This document shows, in pieces, positions 53,061 through 62,112 of a stretch of 64,000 nt of DNA; within the stretch, counting starts at the first letter, position 1; each line of letters starts with the position of its first letter. A program made the position numbers and the translations under genes. The stretch is from an uncultured Oscillospiraceae bacterium (lineage in GTDB: Bacteria; Bacillota; Clostridia; Oscillospirales; Oscillospiraceae): NCBI GenBank assembly GCA_949878425.1, contig CATLAL010000006.1:1075-65074 (forward strand), read 5' to 3'. The notes under the pieces are model-generated. The model had not been told where the DNA came from. It worked only from the letters and a program-made list of their open reading frames with translations, and did not search any database.

Positions 53061-53099
53061 ACAGGCGCCGGTTTTCCCTCTCCTCAAGGGATCATCTAC

Positions 53100-54608
53100 T
53101 CAATCAATCAGGCTCTTGCCGTCCATCTCCGGGGGACACGCCAAGCCCATAATATCCAGAATCGTGGGGGCAATGTCCGCCAGACGGCCCGGGTGCAGCT
53201 TCGCGTCCGCGCCCACCAGGATAAAGGGCACCAGGTTGGTGGTGTGGGCGGTCATGGGGGAGCCGTCCGCCTTGCGCATCTCCTCGGCGTTGCCGTGGTC
53301 GGCGGTCACCATGGCGATGCCGCCCATGGCGCGGGTGGCGTCCACCACCCGGCCCACGCAGGCATCCACCGTCTCCACCGCCTTGACCGCCGCCTCATAG
53401 ACGCCGGTGTGGCCCACCATGTCGCAGTTGGCGAAGTTGAGGATGACCACGTCGTAATTGCCGGACGTGATGCGCTCCACGCACCGGTCCGTCACCTCAA
53501 AGGCGCTCATCTCCGGCTGGAGGTCATAGGTGGCCACCTTCGGGGAGGGCACCAGGACCCGGTCCTCCCCCGGGAATACGGCCTCGCTGCCGCCGTTGAA
53601 GAAGAAGGTGACATGGGCGTACTTCTCCGTCTCGGCAATGCGCAGCTGGGTCATGCCCATCCGGCTCAGATACTCGCCAAGACCGTTGTCCACCAGGTTG
53701 CGGGGAAAGGCCACCTGCACGTTGGGCATGGTCGCGTCATACTCCGTGGTGCAGATATACGTCAGGGGGAAGAACTCCCGCTGGAAGCCGTCAAAATCTG
53801 GATCCACGAACACCCGGGTGATCTCACGGGCCCGGTCGGGACGGAAGTTGAAAAAGATGATGCTGTCGTTGTCGCTGATCATGCCCTCGCTGTCGCAGAC
53901 CACGGGCTCCACGAACTCGTCCGTCACCCCGGCGGCGTAGCTCCTGGCCACGGCGTCCACCGGATCCCGGTTCTGCACGCCCTGGCCGTAGACCATGGCG
54001 TCATAGGCCTGCTCCACCCGCTCCCAACGCTTGTCGCGGTCCATGGCATAGTAGCGGCCCATCACTGTGGCGATCCTGCCAACCCCGATTTCCCCGCATT
54101 TCTCCACCGTCTCGGCCACAAAGTCCTTGCCGCTGGTGGGAGAGACGTCGCGGCCATCCAGAAAGGCATGGATGTAAACCCGCTCCAGCCCCCGCTCCTT
54201 GGCCATTTTCAGCAGAGCCCACAGATGCGTATTGTGGGAGTGGACGCCGCCATCGGAGAGGAGTCCGTACAGATGGAGGGAGCTGCCCTTCTCCTTACAA
54301 GCATCCATGGCGGCGCAATAGGCGGGATTTTCAAAGAAGCTGCCGTCCTCAACGGCGCGGGTAATCCGGGGCAGGTCCTGAAAGACCACCCGGCCGCCGC
54401 CGATGTTGGTATGGCCAACCTCGCTGTTGCCCATCTGCCCGTCCGGCAGGCCCACGTCCAGCCCAGAGGCGGAGAGGGTCGTGTGGGCGCACTGGGCAAA
54501 GAGCTTATCCAGCACGGGCGTCCTGGCGTGCACAACGGCGTTGCCCTCTGTGGTCTCACGCAGGCCAAAGCCGTCCATAATAATCAGAGTAGTCGGTGTT
54601 TTGTTCAT
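53100..54608 (-). CDS. gpmI: 2,3-bisphosphoglycerate-independent phosphoglycerate mutase
   Basis: 502 aa. LIIMDGFG, SEVGHTNIGGGR and ADHGNAE motifs. Confidence 0.93.
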   Translation of the reverse strand: MNKTPTTLIIMDGFGLRETTEGNAVVHARTPVLDKLFAQCAHTTLSASGLDVGLPDGQMGNSEVGHTNIGGGRVVFQDLPRITRAVEDGSFFENPAYCAAMDACKEKGSSLHLYGLLSDGGVHSHNTHLWALLKMAKERGLERVYIHAFLDGRDVSPTSGKDFVAETVEKCGEIGVGRIATVMGRYYAMDRDKRWERVEQAYDAMVYGQGVQNRDPVDAVARSYAAGVTDEFVEPVVCDSEGMISDNDSIIFFNFRPDRAREITRVFVDPDFDGFQREFFPLTYICTTEYDATMPNVQVAFPRNLVDNGLGEYLSRMGMTQLRIAETEKYAHVTFFFNGGSEAVFPGEDRVLVPSPKVATYDLQPEMSAFEVTDRCVERITSGNYDVVILNFANCDMVGHTGVYEAAVKAVETVDACVGRVVDATRAMGGIAMVTADHGNAEEMRKADGSPMTAHTTNLVPFILVGADAKLHPGRLADIAPTILDIMGLACPPEMDGKSLID

Positions 54609-54715
54609 AATTACCTCGATTTCCGCTTATTGTCGGCTCCAGGAAGCTATATTCACAGGCAGAGAACGTCCAGCGGAGGCGGCGCTCCGCGCTTATGAAC
54701 ACAGCTTCTAAGCAC

Positions 54716-54743
54716 GGACAGTACCCGCGGGCGGGTACTGTCC
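54716..54743 (-). terminator. Intra-operon hairpin between tpiA and gpmI
   Basis: GGACAGTACCCGC-gg-GCGGGTACTGTCC (13 bp stem), directly after the tpiA stop. No clear T-tract, so it may be an attenuator or processing/stability element. Confidence 0.4.
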
Positions 54744-54748
54744 AGGTG

Positions 54749-55525
54749 TTACTGCTCCTGATTCGCGGCGTTGATAATGTCAACAAACTGGTCGGCCTTC
54801 AGGGCCGCGCCGCCGATCAGACCGCCGTCCACATCGGGCTGCGCCAGAAGCTCCTCCGCGTTTTTGGGGTTCATGGAGCCGCCGTACTGAATGGTAATGG
54901 AGCGGGCAACCCGCGCGCCATAGAGCGTACGGATGGTGGCGCGGATCGCGGTACAGACCTCGGCGGCCTGCTCCGCAGTGGCGGTCCTGCCGGTGCCGAT
55001 GGCCCAGATGGGTTCGTAAGCGATGACGCACTTGCGCACCTTCTCCGGAGCCACGTTGGCCAGAGCGGACTTCACCTGGAGCGCGATGAGCTCCATCGTC
55101 ACGCCCATCTCCCGCTGCTCCAGGCTCTCGCCCACACAGATAATGGGGTGCAGCCCGGCCTCCAGGGCGGCGTGGACCTTCTTATTGACTGTGATGTCGG
55201 TCTCCCCAAAATACTGGCGGCGCTCGCTGTGGCCAATGATGACGTACTTGACGCCCAGATCCTTCAGCATATCCGCGGACACCTCTCCGGTGTACGCGCC
55301 GCTGGGCTCATAGTAGAGATTCTCAGCGCCCACGGACACGCGCAGGTCTTTAAATGCCTTCAGCGCGATGGGAATGTTTACAAAGGGAACACAGACCACC
55401 ACCTCGCACCACTTGGCGCGGGGCAGAATCGGCTTGAGCTCCTCTGCAAACTTTTTGGTATCGCTGGCGGTCTTGTTCATCTTCCAGTTTCCGGCAATAA
55501 TCGTCTTGCGGTATCTACGGTTCAT
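54749..55525 (-). CDS. tpiA: Triose-phosphate isomerase
   Basis: Start [36 protein letters not shown] and QYGGS motifs. Confidence 0.93.
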   Translation of the reverse strand: MNRRYRKTIIAGNWKMNKTASDTKKFAEELKPILPRAKWCEVVVCVPFVNIPIALKAFKDLRVSVGAENLYYEPSGAYTGEVSADMLKDLGVKYVIIGHSERRQYFGETDITVNKKVHAALEAGLHPIICVGESLEQREMGVTMELIALQVKSALANVAPEKVRKCVIAYEPIWAIGTGRTATAEQAAEVCTAIRATIRTLYGARVARSITIQYGGSMNPKNAEELLAQPDVDGGLIGGAALKADQFVDIINAANQEQ

Positions 55526-55650
55526 GGCGGTATCGTCTCCTGTTAAATGATATGATTGGCAATACAAATAAATACGTTGAAATTTAAGTAAACGCGCTTT
55601 GCGCGTACACTTATCCATGCCTGCTTCCAGGCGCTGCTCTCTCCTGCCGC

Positions 55651-56844
55651 TTACTGATCCAGCAGGCACGCCACGCCCGGAAGCTCCTTACCCTCCAGGA
55701 ATTCCAGAGAGGCGCCGCCGCCGGTGGAGATGTGGGTCATCTTGTCGGCAAAGCCCATCTGGGCCACCGCCGCCGCGCTGTCGCCGCCGCCGATGATGGT
55801 GATGGCATCCGTGGCGGCCAGGGCCTTGGCGATGGCCCGGGTGCCCTCGGCAAAATTGGGGAACTCAAAGACGCCCATGGGACCGTTCCAGATCACTGTG
55901 CCGGCGTCCTGCACCGCAGCGGTGTAGGCGGCGATGGTCTTGGGGCCGATGTCCATGCCCATCATGTCATCGGGGATGGACATGGAGCCATGGAGGACGG
56001 GCTCCGCGTCCGCGGAGAACTCCTTGGCGCACTGGGTATCCTCGGGCAGGAGGAGCTTTACGCCCTTCTCCTTTGCCTTGGCGATCATGTCGTTGCAGTA
56101 GTCCAGCCAGTCGCTCTCCAGCAGGCTGGTGCCTACGCTGCCGCCCTGGGCCTTGGCAAAGGTGTATGCCATGCCGCCGCCAATAATAATGGTGTCGGCA
56201 ATATCCAACAGGTGATTGATGACGCCGATCTTGGAGGACACCTTGCTGCCGCCCAGAATGGCCACCAGGGGCCGCTTGGGATTGGCCAGGGCCCCGCCCA
56301 TAATCTCCAGCTCCTTTTGAATGAGGAAGCCGCTGACAGCGGGCAGATAGGCGGCGACGCCGGCGGTGGACGCGTGGGCGCGGTGAACGGCGCCAAAGGC
56401 GTCGGAGACATAGACCTCCGCCAGGCCGGCCATGGCCTTGGCCAGCTCCGGGTCGTTCTTTGTCTCACCCTTTTCAAAGCGGGTATTTTCCAGAAGCAGA
56501 ATCTGGCCGGGCTGCAGGGCGGCGGCCTTGCTCCTGGCGTCCTCCCCCACTACGTCAGCGGCCATGACAACATCTCTGCCCAGCAGCTCGCCCAGGCGCT
56601 TCGCCACGGGAGCCAGGCTAAAAGCGGCCTCAGGGCCGTTCTTCGGCTTACCCAGATGGGAGCAGGCGATCACCGCCGCGCCCTGGTCCAGGAGGTATTG
56701 AATGGTGGGCAGAGCGGCGCGGATGCGCTTGTCATCCGTAATCGCGCCGGTGGCCTTGTCCTGCGGCACGTTGAAGTCGCACCGCAGCAGGACCTTTTTG
56801 CCCTTTACATCAATGTCCCTGACCGTCTTTTTGTTGTAGTTCAT
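55651..56844 (-). CDS. pgk: Phosphoglycerate kinase
   Basis: 397 aa. [16 protein letters not shown] and [14 protein letters not shown] motifs. Confidence 0.95.
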   Translation of the reverse strand: MNYNKKTVRDIDVKGKKVLLRCDFNVPQDKATGAITDDKRIRAALPTIQYLLDQGAAVIACSHLGKPKNGPEAAFSLAPVAKRLGELLGRDVVMAADVVGEDARSKAAALQPGQILLLENTRFEKGETKNDPELAKAMAGLAEVYVSDAFGAVHRAHASTAGVAAYLPAVSGFLIQKELEIMGGALANPKRPLVAILGGSKVSSKIGVINHLLDIADTIIIGGGMAYTFAKAQGGSVGTSLLESDWLDYCNDMIAKAKEKGVKLLLPEDTQCAKEFSADAEPVLHGSMSIPDDMMGMDIGPKTIAAYTAAVQDAGTVIWNGPMGVFEFPNFAEGTRAIAKALAATDAITIIGGGDSAAAVAQMGFADKMTHISTGGGASLEFLEGKELPGVACLLDQ

Positions 56845-56897
56845 TCCTTCAGTACTCCTTTCAAACTGATTTCAACCAACTTCTGGTTTACATTGGT

Positions 56898-57407
56898 TTA
56901 CAATTCAACCGTTGGCGGCTGCTCCGCCATCTCCCCCATCCCCAGGAGGCCAGGAAAACCGTTCTGCCGCAGCGCCTCGTACACCAGGACCGCGGCGCTG
57001 TTGGCCAGATTGAGGCTGCGGGCCTCCGCCGCCATGGGCAGGCGGATACATCGCTCCCGAAAGCGCTCCCGAAAGTCCCGGGGCAGTCCCGCCGTCTCTT
57101 TGCCGAAGAACAGCCAGCAGTCCGGGGAAAACCGCGCCGCGCTGTAGCAGCGCGGAGCCTTGGTGGTAGCCAGCCACAGATCCGAGGCCGCCTCGGGGCG
57201 GATAGTAAACAGGGCATCCAAATTCTGGTAGACAAAAATTTCGACCAAATTCCAGTAATCCAGGCCGGCCCGCTTCACCGCCCGGTCGGACACATCGAAG
57301 CCCAGGGGCTCCACCAGATGCAGCCGGCTGCCGGTAGCTGCGCAGGTCCGGGCGATATTGCCGCAGTTTGGCGGGATCTCCGGCTCCACAAGCACAACAT
57401 TCAGCAT
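56898..57407 (-). CDS. trmL: tRNA (cytidine/uridine-2'-O)-methyltransferase TrmL (SpoU family)
   Basis: Start MLNVVLVEPEIPPNCGNIARTCAATG. LFFGKETAGLP and RSLNLANSAAVLVYEALRQ motifs. Confidence 0.85.
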   Translation of the reverse strand: MLNVVLVEPEIPPNCGNIARTCAATGSRLHLVEPLGFDVSDRAVKRAGLDYWNLVEIFVYQNLDALFTIRPEAASDLWLATTKAPRCYSAARFSPDCWLFFGKETAGLPRDFRERFRERCIRLPMAAEARSLNLANSAAVLVYEALRQNGFPGLLGMGEMAEQPPTVEL

Positions 57408-57685
57408 GCCGTTTCCGCCCCCTCTTTGGAGCGAACCCGACACCGCCCCATTTCATACTAACGGCGTCTATTGTAAAACAAATCCTTGGCAAATTCAAGC
57501 ATTATTCCATAAATTCTTCCAGTACTTTTACAAAAAATCTGTCCTCGCCCCAGTTCTTCTGTAGAAAAACCAGAAAAATCAACAAAAATCACAGTGAATC
57601 TTTGTATAAATAGACCTATCCGGATTTGCGGCGCCGCCGGCCTCGGCAGCGGAAACAAAATTTCAGGTTATTTAGAAAATTCCCC

Positions 57686-57713
57686 TTGCATAACCTGCCG
57701 GTTCTGATATAAT
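57686..57713 (+). promoter_or_regulatory. Promoter candidate for glmU-prs
   Basis: TTGCAT, 16 nt spacer, TATAAT, about 30 nt before the RBS aaggaggg. Confidence 0.5.
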
Positions 57714-57746
57714 GAGGATGGTAATCTGCCAAGGAGGGAAAAAGCA

Positions 57747-58775
57747 ATGGATAACAGATGCGTCGCCGTCTTTATGACAGAGGATACCGCCCAGACCTAT
57801 AACGGAAAACCGCTGATGCTGCAGGACGCGTTATTTTGCCCCGTATTAAACTGGTGTATGCGCTCCTGGATGAAAAAGGGCGTCACGCGGTTTTTTGTCG
57901 TCTGCGACCCGGAGTACCACGAGGAGGCCGCCGCCTGCTTCCCACAGGGCGCGGCCGCAGCCGTGGGCACGGAGGACGACTACCGGGCGGAGATCGACTC
58001 CTTCGCCAAGGGCTGCTGGGTGGAGGAGATCCGCGAGGCCATGCTGCCGGTGGGCGGCATGATGCTGTCCTTTCACTCTGTTCCGGAGCTGATCCGGCTT
58101 CAGCAGGCGGTAAAGGAGGATATCGCCGTCTACCACCAGAATACCGGCGTCAACGTTCTCTCGCCCGACAGTACCTACATCGACCCCAGGGTCACCATCG
58201 GCGCCGGCACCACCATTCTGCCCGGCACCATCCTCCGTGGCGCCACCGTCATCGGCGAAAACTGCGAGATCGGTCCCAACGCCATGATCGTGGACTGCGA
58301 AATCGGCGACGGCTGCGTGGTCAACGCCTCCCAGGCCTTTGAGAGCGTGCTGGAGCAAAACGTCCACGTGGGCCCCTACGCCCATATCCGCCCCCACTGC
58401 CGCGTGGGCGAAGGGTGCAAGGTGGGCGCCTACGTGGAGATCAAAAACGCCAGCTTTGGCCGGGATACCAAGATGAGCCACCTGACCTATGTGGGGGACG
58501 CGGACGTGGGCAGCGGCGTCAACTTCGGCTGCGGCACCATCACCAGCAACTACGACGGATTCAAGAAGCACCGGACCGTCATCGGCGACAGCGTCTTCAT
58601 CGGCTGCAATACCAATCTGATCCCTCCTGTCGCCGTTGGCAGCGGCGCGTACATCGCCGCCGGCACTACGGTCACCAAGGATGTGGAGGCGGACGCGCTG
58701 GCCATCGGCCGGGTCCGCCAGGAGGTCAAGCCCGACTGGGCCGCCAGGCGCCGCCAGCTCCACGAGGACAAATAA
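57747..58775 (+). CDS. glmU: GlmU-like protein with intact left-handed beta-helix acetyltransferase domain but shortened, motif-less N-terminal nucleotidyltransferase domain
   Basis: 342 aa. C-terminal SHLTYVGDADVGSGVNFGCGTITSNYDGFKKHRTVIGDSVFIGCNTNLIPPVAVGSGAYIAAGTTVTKDV matches the GlmU acetyltransferase core. The N-terminus reads AVFMTEDTAQTYNGKPL where GlmU has LAAGKGTRM, and the beta-helix starts near residue 150 instead of about 250. Confidence 0.7.
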   Translation: MDNRCVAVFMTEDTAQTYNGKPLMLQDALFCPVLNWCMRSWMKKGVTRFFVVCDPEYHEEAAACFPQGAAAAVGTEDDYRAEIDSFAKGCWVEEIREAMLPVGGMMLSFHSVPELIRLQQAVKEDIAVYHQNTGVNVLSPDSTYIDPRVTIGAGTTILPGTILRGATVIGENCEIGPNAMIVDCEIGDGCVVNASQAFESVLEQNVHVGPYAHIRPHCRVGEGCKVGAYVEIKNASFGRDTKMSHLTYVGDADVGSGVNFGCGTITSNYDGFKKHRTVIGDSVFIGCNTNLIPPVAVGSGAYIAAGTTVTKDVEADALAIGRVRQEVKPDWAARRRQLHEDK

Positions 58776-58870
58776 CAGCCATCCCCTAATTTCCGTCCTT
58801 GCGTGCACGAGGCGGGGGGCAGAGGGCCCCCTGTAACAAAAACGAATACAACGAAAAGAGGGTGTTGGAA

Positions 58871-59830
58871 ATGATTTCTCACGGGAAAGACATGAAGGTC
58901 TTCAGCGGCAACGCCAACGTAGGTCTGGCGAAGGATATCTGCAGGCTCATTGGCATCCAGCTTGGAAGCTCAGAGATTGGACACTTTGCCGACGGCGAGG
59001 TGTGCGCCTCCATCTATGAGTCCGTCCGGGGTTCGGACGTATTTCTGGTTCAATCCACCAGCCGCCCCGTTAACGACAACCTGATGGAGCTGCTGGTCAT
59101 GACTGACGCCATGAAGCGGGCCTCCGCCGGGCGCATCACGGCCGTCATCCCCTATTTCGGCTACGCCCGGCAGGACCGCAAGACCAAGGCCCGGGACCCC
59201 ATCTCCGCCAAGCTGGTGGCCAACATGATTACCGCCGCTGGCGCGGACCGGGTTTTGACCATGGACCTCCACGCCGCCCAGATTCAGGGCTTTTTCGACA
59301 TTCCGGTAGACAACCTTTACGGCAACCCCGTCTTTGTGGACTACTACGCCAAAAAGTTCGGCATCGCCTGTGAGGACATGATGGTGGTCTCTCCCGACGT
59401 GGGCTCCGTTTCCCGGGCCAGGGCCTTTGCCCAGAAGCTGCACATGAATATGGCCATTGTGGACAAGCGCCGGCAGAAGGCCAACCAGTGCGAGGTGATG
59501 AACATCATCGGCGACGTGGAGGGCAAGGACTGCCTCCTCTTCGACGACATGGTGGATACCGCCGGCAGCCTCTGCAACGCGGCTAAGGCCATCGTGGAGG
59601 TGGGCGGCGCGAAGAACGTCTACGCCTGCGCCTCTCACGGGGTCCTCTCCGGCCCCGCTATCGACCGCATCAACGACAGCCCCATCACGGAGCTGGCCTT
59701 TTTGGATACCATTGCCCCCATTGATCCCTCCCTCAGCGGCAAGATCAAGTATCTCACCGTGGCCCCCATGTTCGCTGAGGCCATTGAGCGCATCTATCAG
59801 GAGATCTCGGTCTCCAAGCTCTGGCTCTAA
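58871..59830 (+). CDS. prs: Ribose-phosphate pyrophosphokinase
   Basis: Start MISHGKDMKVFSGNAN. YFGYARQDRK and the PRPP-binding loop LLFDDMVDTAGS. Confidence 0.93.
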   Translation: MISHGKDMKVFSGNANVGLAKDICRLIGIQLGSSEIGHFADGEVCASIYESVRGSDVFLVQSTSRPVNDNLMELLVMTDAMKRASAGRITAVIPYFGYARQDRKTKARDPISAKLVANMITAAGADRVLTMDLHAAQIQGFFDIPVDNLYGNPVFVDYYAKKFGIACEDMMVVSPDVGSVSRARAFAQKLHMNMAIVDKRRQKANQCEVMNIIGDVEGKDCLLFDDMVDTAGSLCNAAKAIVEVGGAKNVYACASHGVLSGPAIDRINDSPITELAFLDTIAPIDPSLSGKIKYLTVAPMFAEAIERIYQEISVSKLWL

Positions 59831-59858
59831 CCGGGCGTTCTCCCGGGAAGCAGCGCTG

Positions 59859-59885
59859 AAAAAGTGCCCGAAACGGGCACTTTTT
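59859..59885. terminator. Bidirectional terminator after prs
   Basis: AAAAAGTGCCC-gaaac-GGGCACTTTTT. Confidence 0.7.
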
Positions 59886-59913
59886 CGATTCCATCCAGGA
59901 GGAGGGGGACCCA

Positions 59914-60445
59914 TGATCCGGATTGAGCCGCCCTATCCCTCCTCCTCCGCAGGCTGCGCCCGCCTGTGCGCCCAGGTGGAGCTGGAGGGCCGGGAGCGCG
60001 CCATGTGGTTCTCCACCGCCGAACCGTACGGAGACTACCTCACAGACGACCGGGCGGACGCGTTTTTAACGGCGCTGCTGCCAGCCGCGCTGCGAAGAGG
60101 CGCGGAGATCCGCTGTGAGGGGCCCGTCACCAGGCGGCTGTTCTACCGGCTAAGCCGTTATCTCCTCCCCGTGCTGGGGAAAATATCGGCGGCTTCTCCC
60201 CGGCGGCTATTCACGCCCAGCCCACGGACATCCCGCTGCCCTGCGCCGGGGCGGTGGCCACGGGCTGAAACGGCGGGGTGGACAGCAACGTGCAGGATAT
60301 TTTACAGGAGAGCTTCTGTGACGTAGTGGATTTCCGCTTCGGCGCCGCTGTCATGGCGCTGCAAAAGCTCTTCCGGGTGTATCTGCTCTCGCCCACCCTG
60401 TCCTACGCGGCCTTTCGCCTCTCCCCCTCCAGCTCCGGTCAATAA
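59914..60445 (+). pseudogene. Multiply frameshifted remnant of an unknown-function gene between prs and pth
   Basis: RBS aggaggaggggg plus ATG 59914 gives MIRIEPPYPSSSAGCARLCAQVELEGRERAMWFSTAEPYGDYLTDDRADAFLTALLPAALRRGAEIRCEGPVTRRLFYRLSRYLLPVLG. Plausible protein text then continues only by switching frames (ENIGGFSPAAIHAQPTDIPLPCAGAVATG*, then NGGVDSNVQDILQESF...). Confidence 0.4.
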
Positions 60446-60621
60446 CTCCCTTGCGGTGCTGCCCTTCCTTGAGACCGCCGCCACTGTGCTCTACTCCGCC
60501 GGCGCGGCGAGAACCTCTCCGCCGCCGGGCGCATGGCAGCGGCCTGGCAGGCCGGCGGGAGCCTTTGGGGGGAGACGCCGGAGCACCCTTAACCGACACC
60601 ACTCATTAAGAGGAGATACCC

Positions 60622-61188
60622 ATGATCGACTGGCTCTTGGTCTGCCTGGGCAACCCGGGCAGGGAATACGAAAACACCCGGCACAACATCGGCTTCATGG
60701 CCGCGGAGGAGCTCTCCCGCCGGGAGGGCGTCAAAATCAACAAGCTCCGCTACCGCGCTCTCACCGGAGAGGTCCGTCTGGCGGGGCAGCGGGTGCTGGT
60801 GCTGAAGCCCCAGACCTATATGAACCTCAGCGGCGAGGCGGTGAAGCTGGCCGGCGGGTTCCACAAGATCCCGCCGGACCGGGTGCTGGTGATCTCCGAC
60901 GATGTGGCCCTGCCCCTGGGCAAGCTCCGCATCCGGGCCGGGGGCAGCGCCGGGGGCCACAACGGCCTGAAAAACATCATCGCCCACCTGGGTACGGATC
61001 AGTTTCCCCGCATCCGGGTGGGGGTTGGCGCACCGGAGCACCCGGACTTCGAGATGATCGACTGGGTGATCGGGAAGTTCTCCCAGCAGGAGAAGAAGCT
61101 GGCGGAGGAGGCCGTGGGCCGGGCGGTGGACGCCGCCCTTTGCGTCATGGAGCGGGGGGTTCAGGAGGCCCAGAACCGCTTCAATTAA
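60622..61188 (+). CDS. pth: Peptidyl-tRNA hydrolase
   Basis: 188 aa. LLVCLGNPGREYENTRHNIGF, PQTYMNLSGEAV and GGHNGLKNI motifs. Confidence 0.93.
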   Translation: MIDWLLVCLGNPGREYENTRHNIGFMAAEELSRREGVKINKLRYRALTGEVRLAGQRVLVLKPQTYMNLSGEAVKLAGGFHKIPPDRVLVISDDVALPLGKLRIRAGGSAGGHNGLKNIIAHLGTDQFPRIRVGVGAPEHPDFEMIDWVIGKFSQQEKKLAEEAVGRAVDAALCVMERGVQEAQNRFN

Positions 61189-61243
61189 ATTCGGCCGGCT
61201 CAAGGCCCTCTCCTCCCTTCCGAAAAAGTGTGGAAACAGCGCC

Positions 61244-61527
61244 TTGACAAATTCCCCGCCATTGGCTATACTACACCTGTTGAAAGGCTGCGAAAGGGAC
61301 CAGTACGCCCACCACCGGCGCGCAGAGAGGGGCCGGACGGTGCGAGACCCCGGATGGTGGGGGCGGAAGTCACCCTGGAGCCCCGCCCCTGAATCCAGCG
61401 GACCAGGGGGCGGCGGGTCCTCCCGTTACAGAGGAGCGAGCGCCCCCGGAGCGGCCGGGGGAATTCAGGTGGTACCGCGGACGATACGATCCGCCCTGAG
61501 CAGTTTGCTTGGGGCGGATTTTTTTGA
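61244..61527 (+). promoter_or_regulatory. Promoter plus T-box riboswitch with GUC (Val) specifier
   Basis: TTGACA (61244-61249), 17 nt spacer, TATACT (61267-61272). Canonical element order: AGTA, AGAGA, GGTGCGAG, then specifier-loop GAA-GTC-A (GTC at 61369-61371). T-box sequence AGGTGGTACCGCG (61467-61479). Terminator ATCCGCCC...GGGCGGAT (61489-61519) plus TTTTTTT. Confidence 0.82.
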
Positions 61528-61544
61528 GCAGAGGAGGTGAAGAG

Positions 61545-62084
61545 ATGTTTGAAGTAACAACGGCGTACGACAAAAAAGCCCTGCTGGCGATGAACCGGGC
61601 GGCCAACAAGACCTTCCGCCGGGGACGCTATCTCTTCGAAAAGATTTTCCATATCGTTCTGGGGCTGTGGTGCCTTATCGCCGGGGGACTGCTGCTGCTC
61701 ATCTTCAGCAAGCTGGACACGAGCCAGCGGGTGATCGCCGTGGCCGCGCCGGTCATCGGCGTACTCTCCCTGGCGAGGGGCCTCTTTTTCAGCCGCCTGG
61801 GGGCCTGGGCCTCCCGGAAGATGATGGTGGAGGGCACGAACCGCTGGACCATCCGCTTCGGCGAGGAGGGCCTATCCGGAGAGAGCGGGGACGGCGTACA
61901 AAGCGCCTATCCCTACGCCAAGGTCCGGGCCATTTACGAGACCCAGGAGTACTTCCTTCTGCAAATCGACAAGCTCCACTGCATCATTCTCGACAAGAAC
62001 GGCTTCACCCAGGGAACCTGCGAGGCGTTTCGCCCCTTTATCGCGGAGCGGACCGGGGCGGAGATCCGGTTTATTAAACTATAA
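61545..62084 (+). CDS. YcxB-like membrane-anchored protein (two TM helices plus bPH-like C-domain)
   Basis: Start MFEVTTAYDKKALLAMNRAA behind RBS agaggaggtg. HIVLGLWCLIAGGLLLLIF and VIAVAAPVIGVLSLARGLFF hydrophobic helices. C-terminal YFLLQIDKLHCIILDKNGF. Confidence 0.65.
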   Translation: MFEVTTAYDKKALLAMNRAANKTFRRGRYLFEKIFHIVLGLWCLIAGGLLLLIFSKLDTSQRVIAVAAPVIGVLSLARGLFFSRLGAWASRKMMVEGTNRWTIRFGEEGLSGESGDGVQSAYPYAKVRAIYETQEYFLLQIDKLHCIILDKNGFTQGTCEAFRPFIAERTGAEIRFIKL

Positions 62085-62112
62085 GAACCTGAAATGAGGA
62101 GAATCTGACGCC

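Noticed and set aside
57444-57685. Strikingly AT-rich stretch between trmL and glmU with ORFs 57458..57658 - and 57368..57613 +. Also checked for DnaA-box clusters.
   Set aside because: The ORFs lack RBS and protein-like sequence, and no TTATCCACA-type boxes were seen. It is most simply a divergent promoter region. The low GC is noted but no function could be supported.
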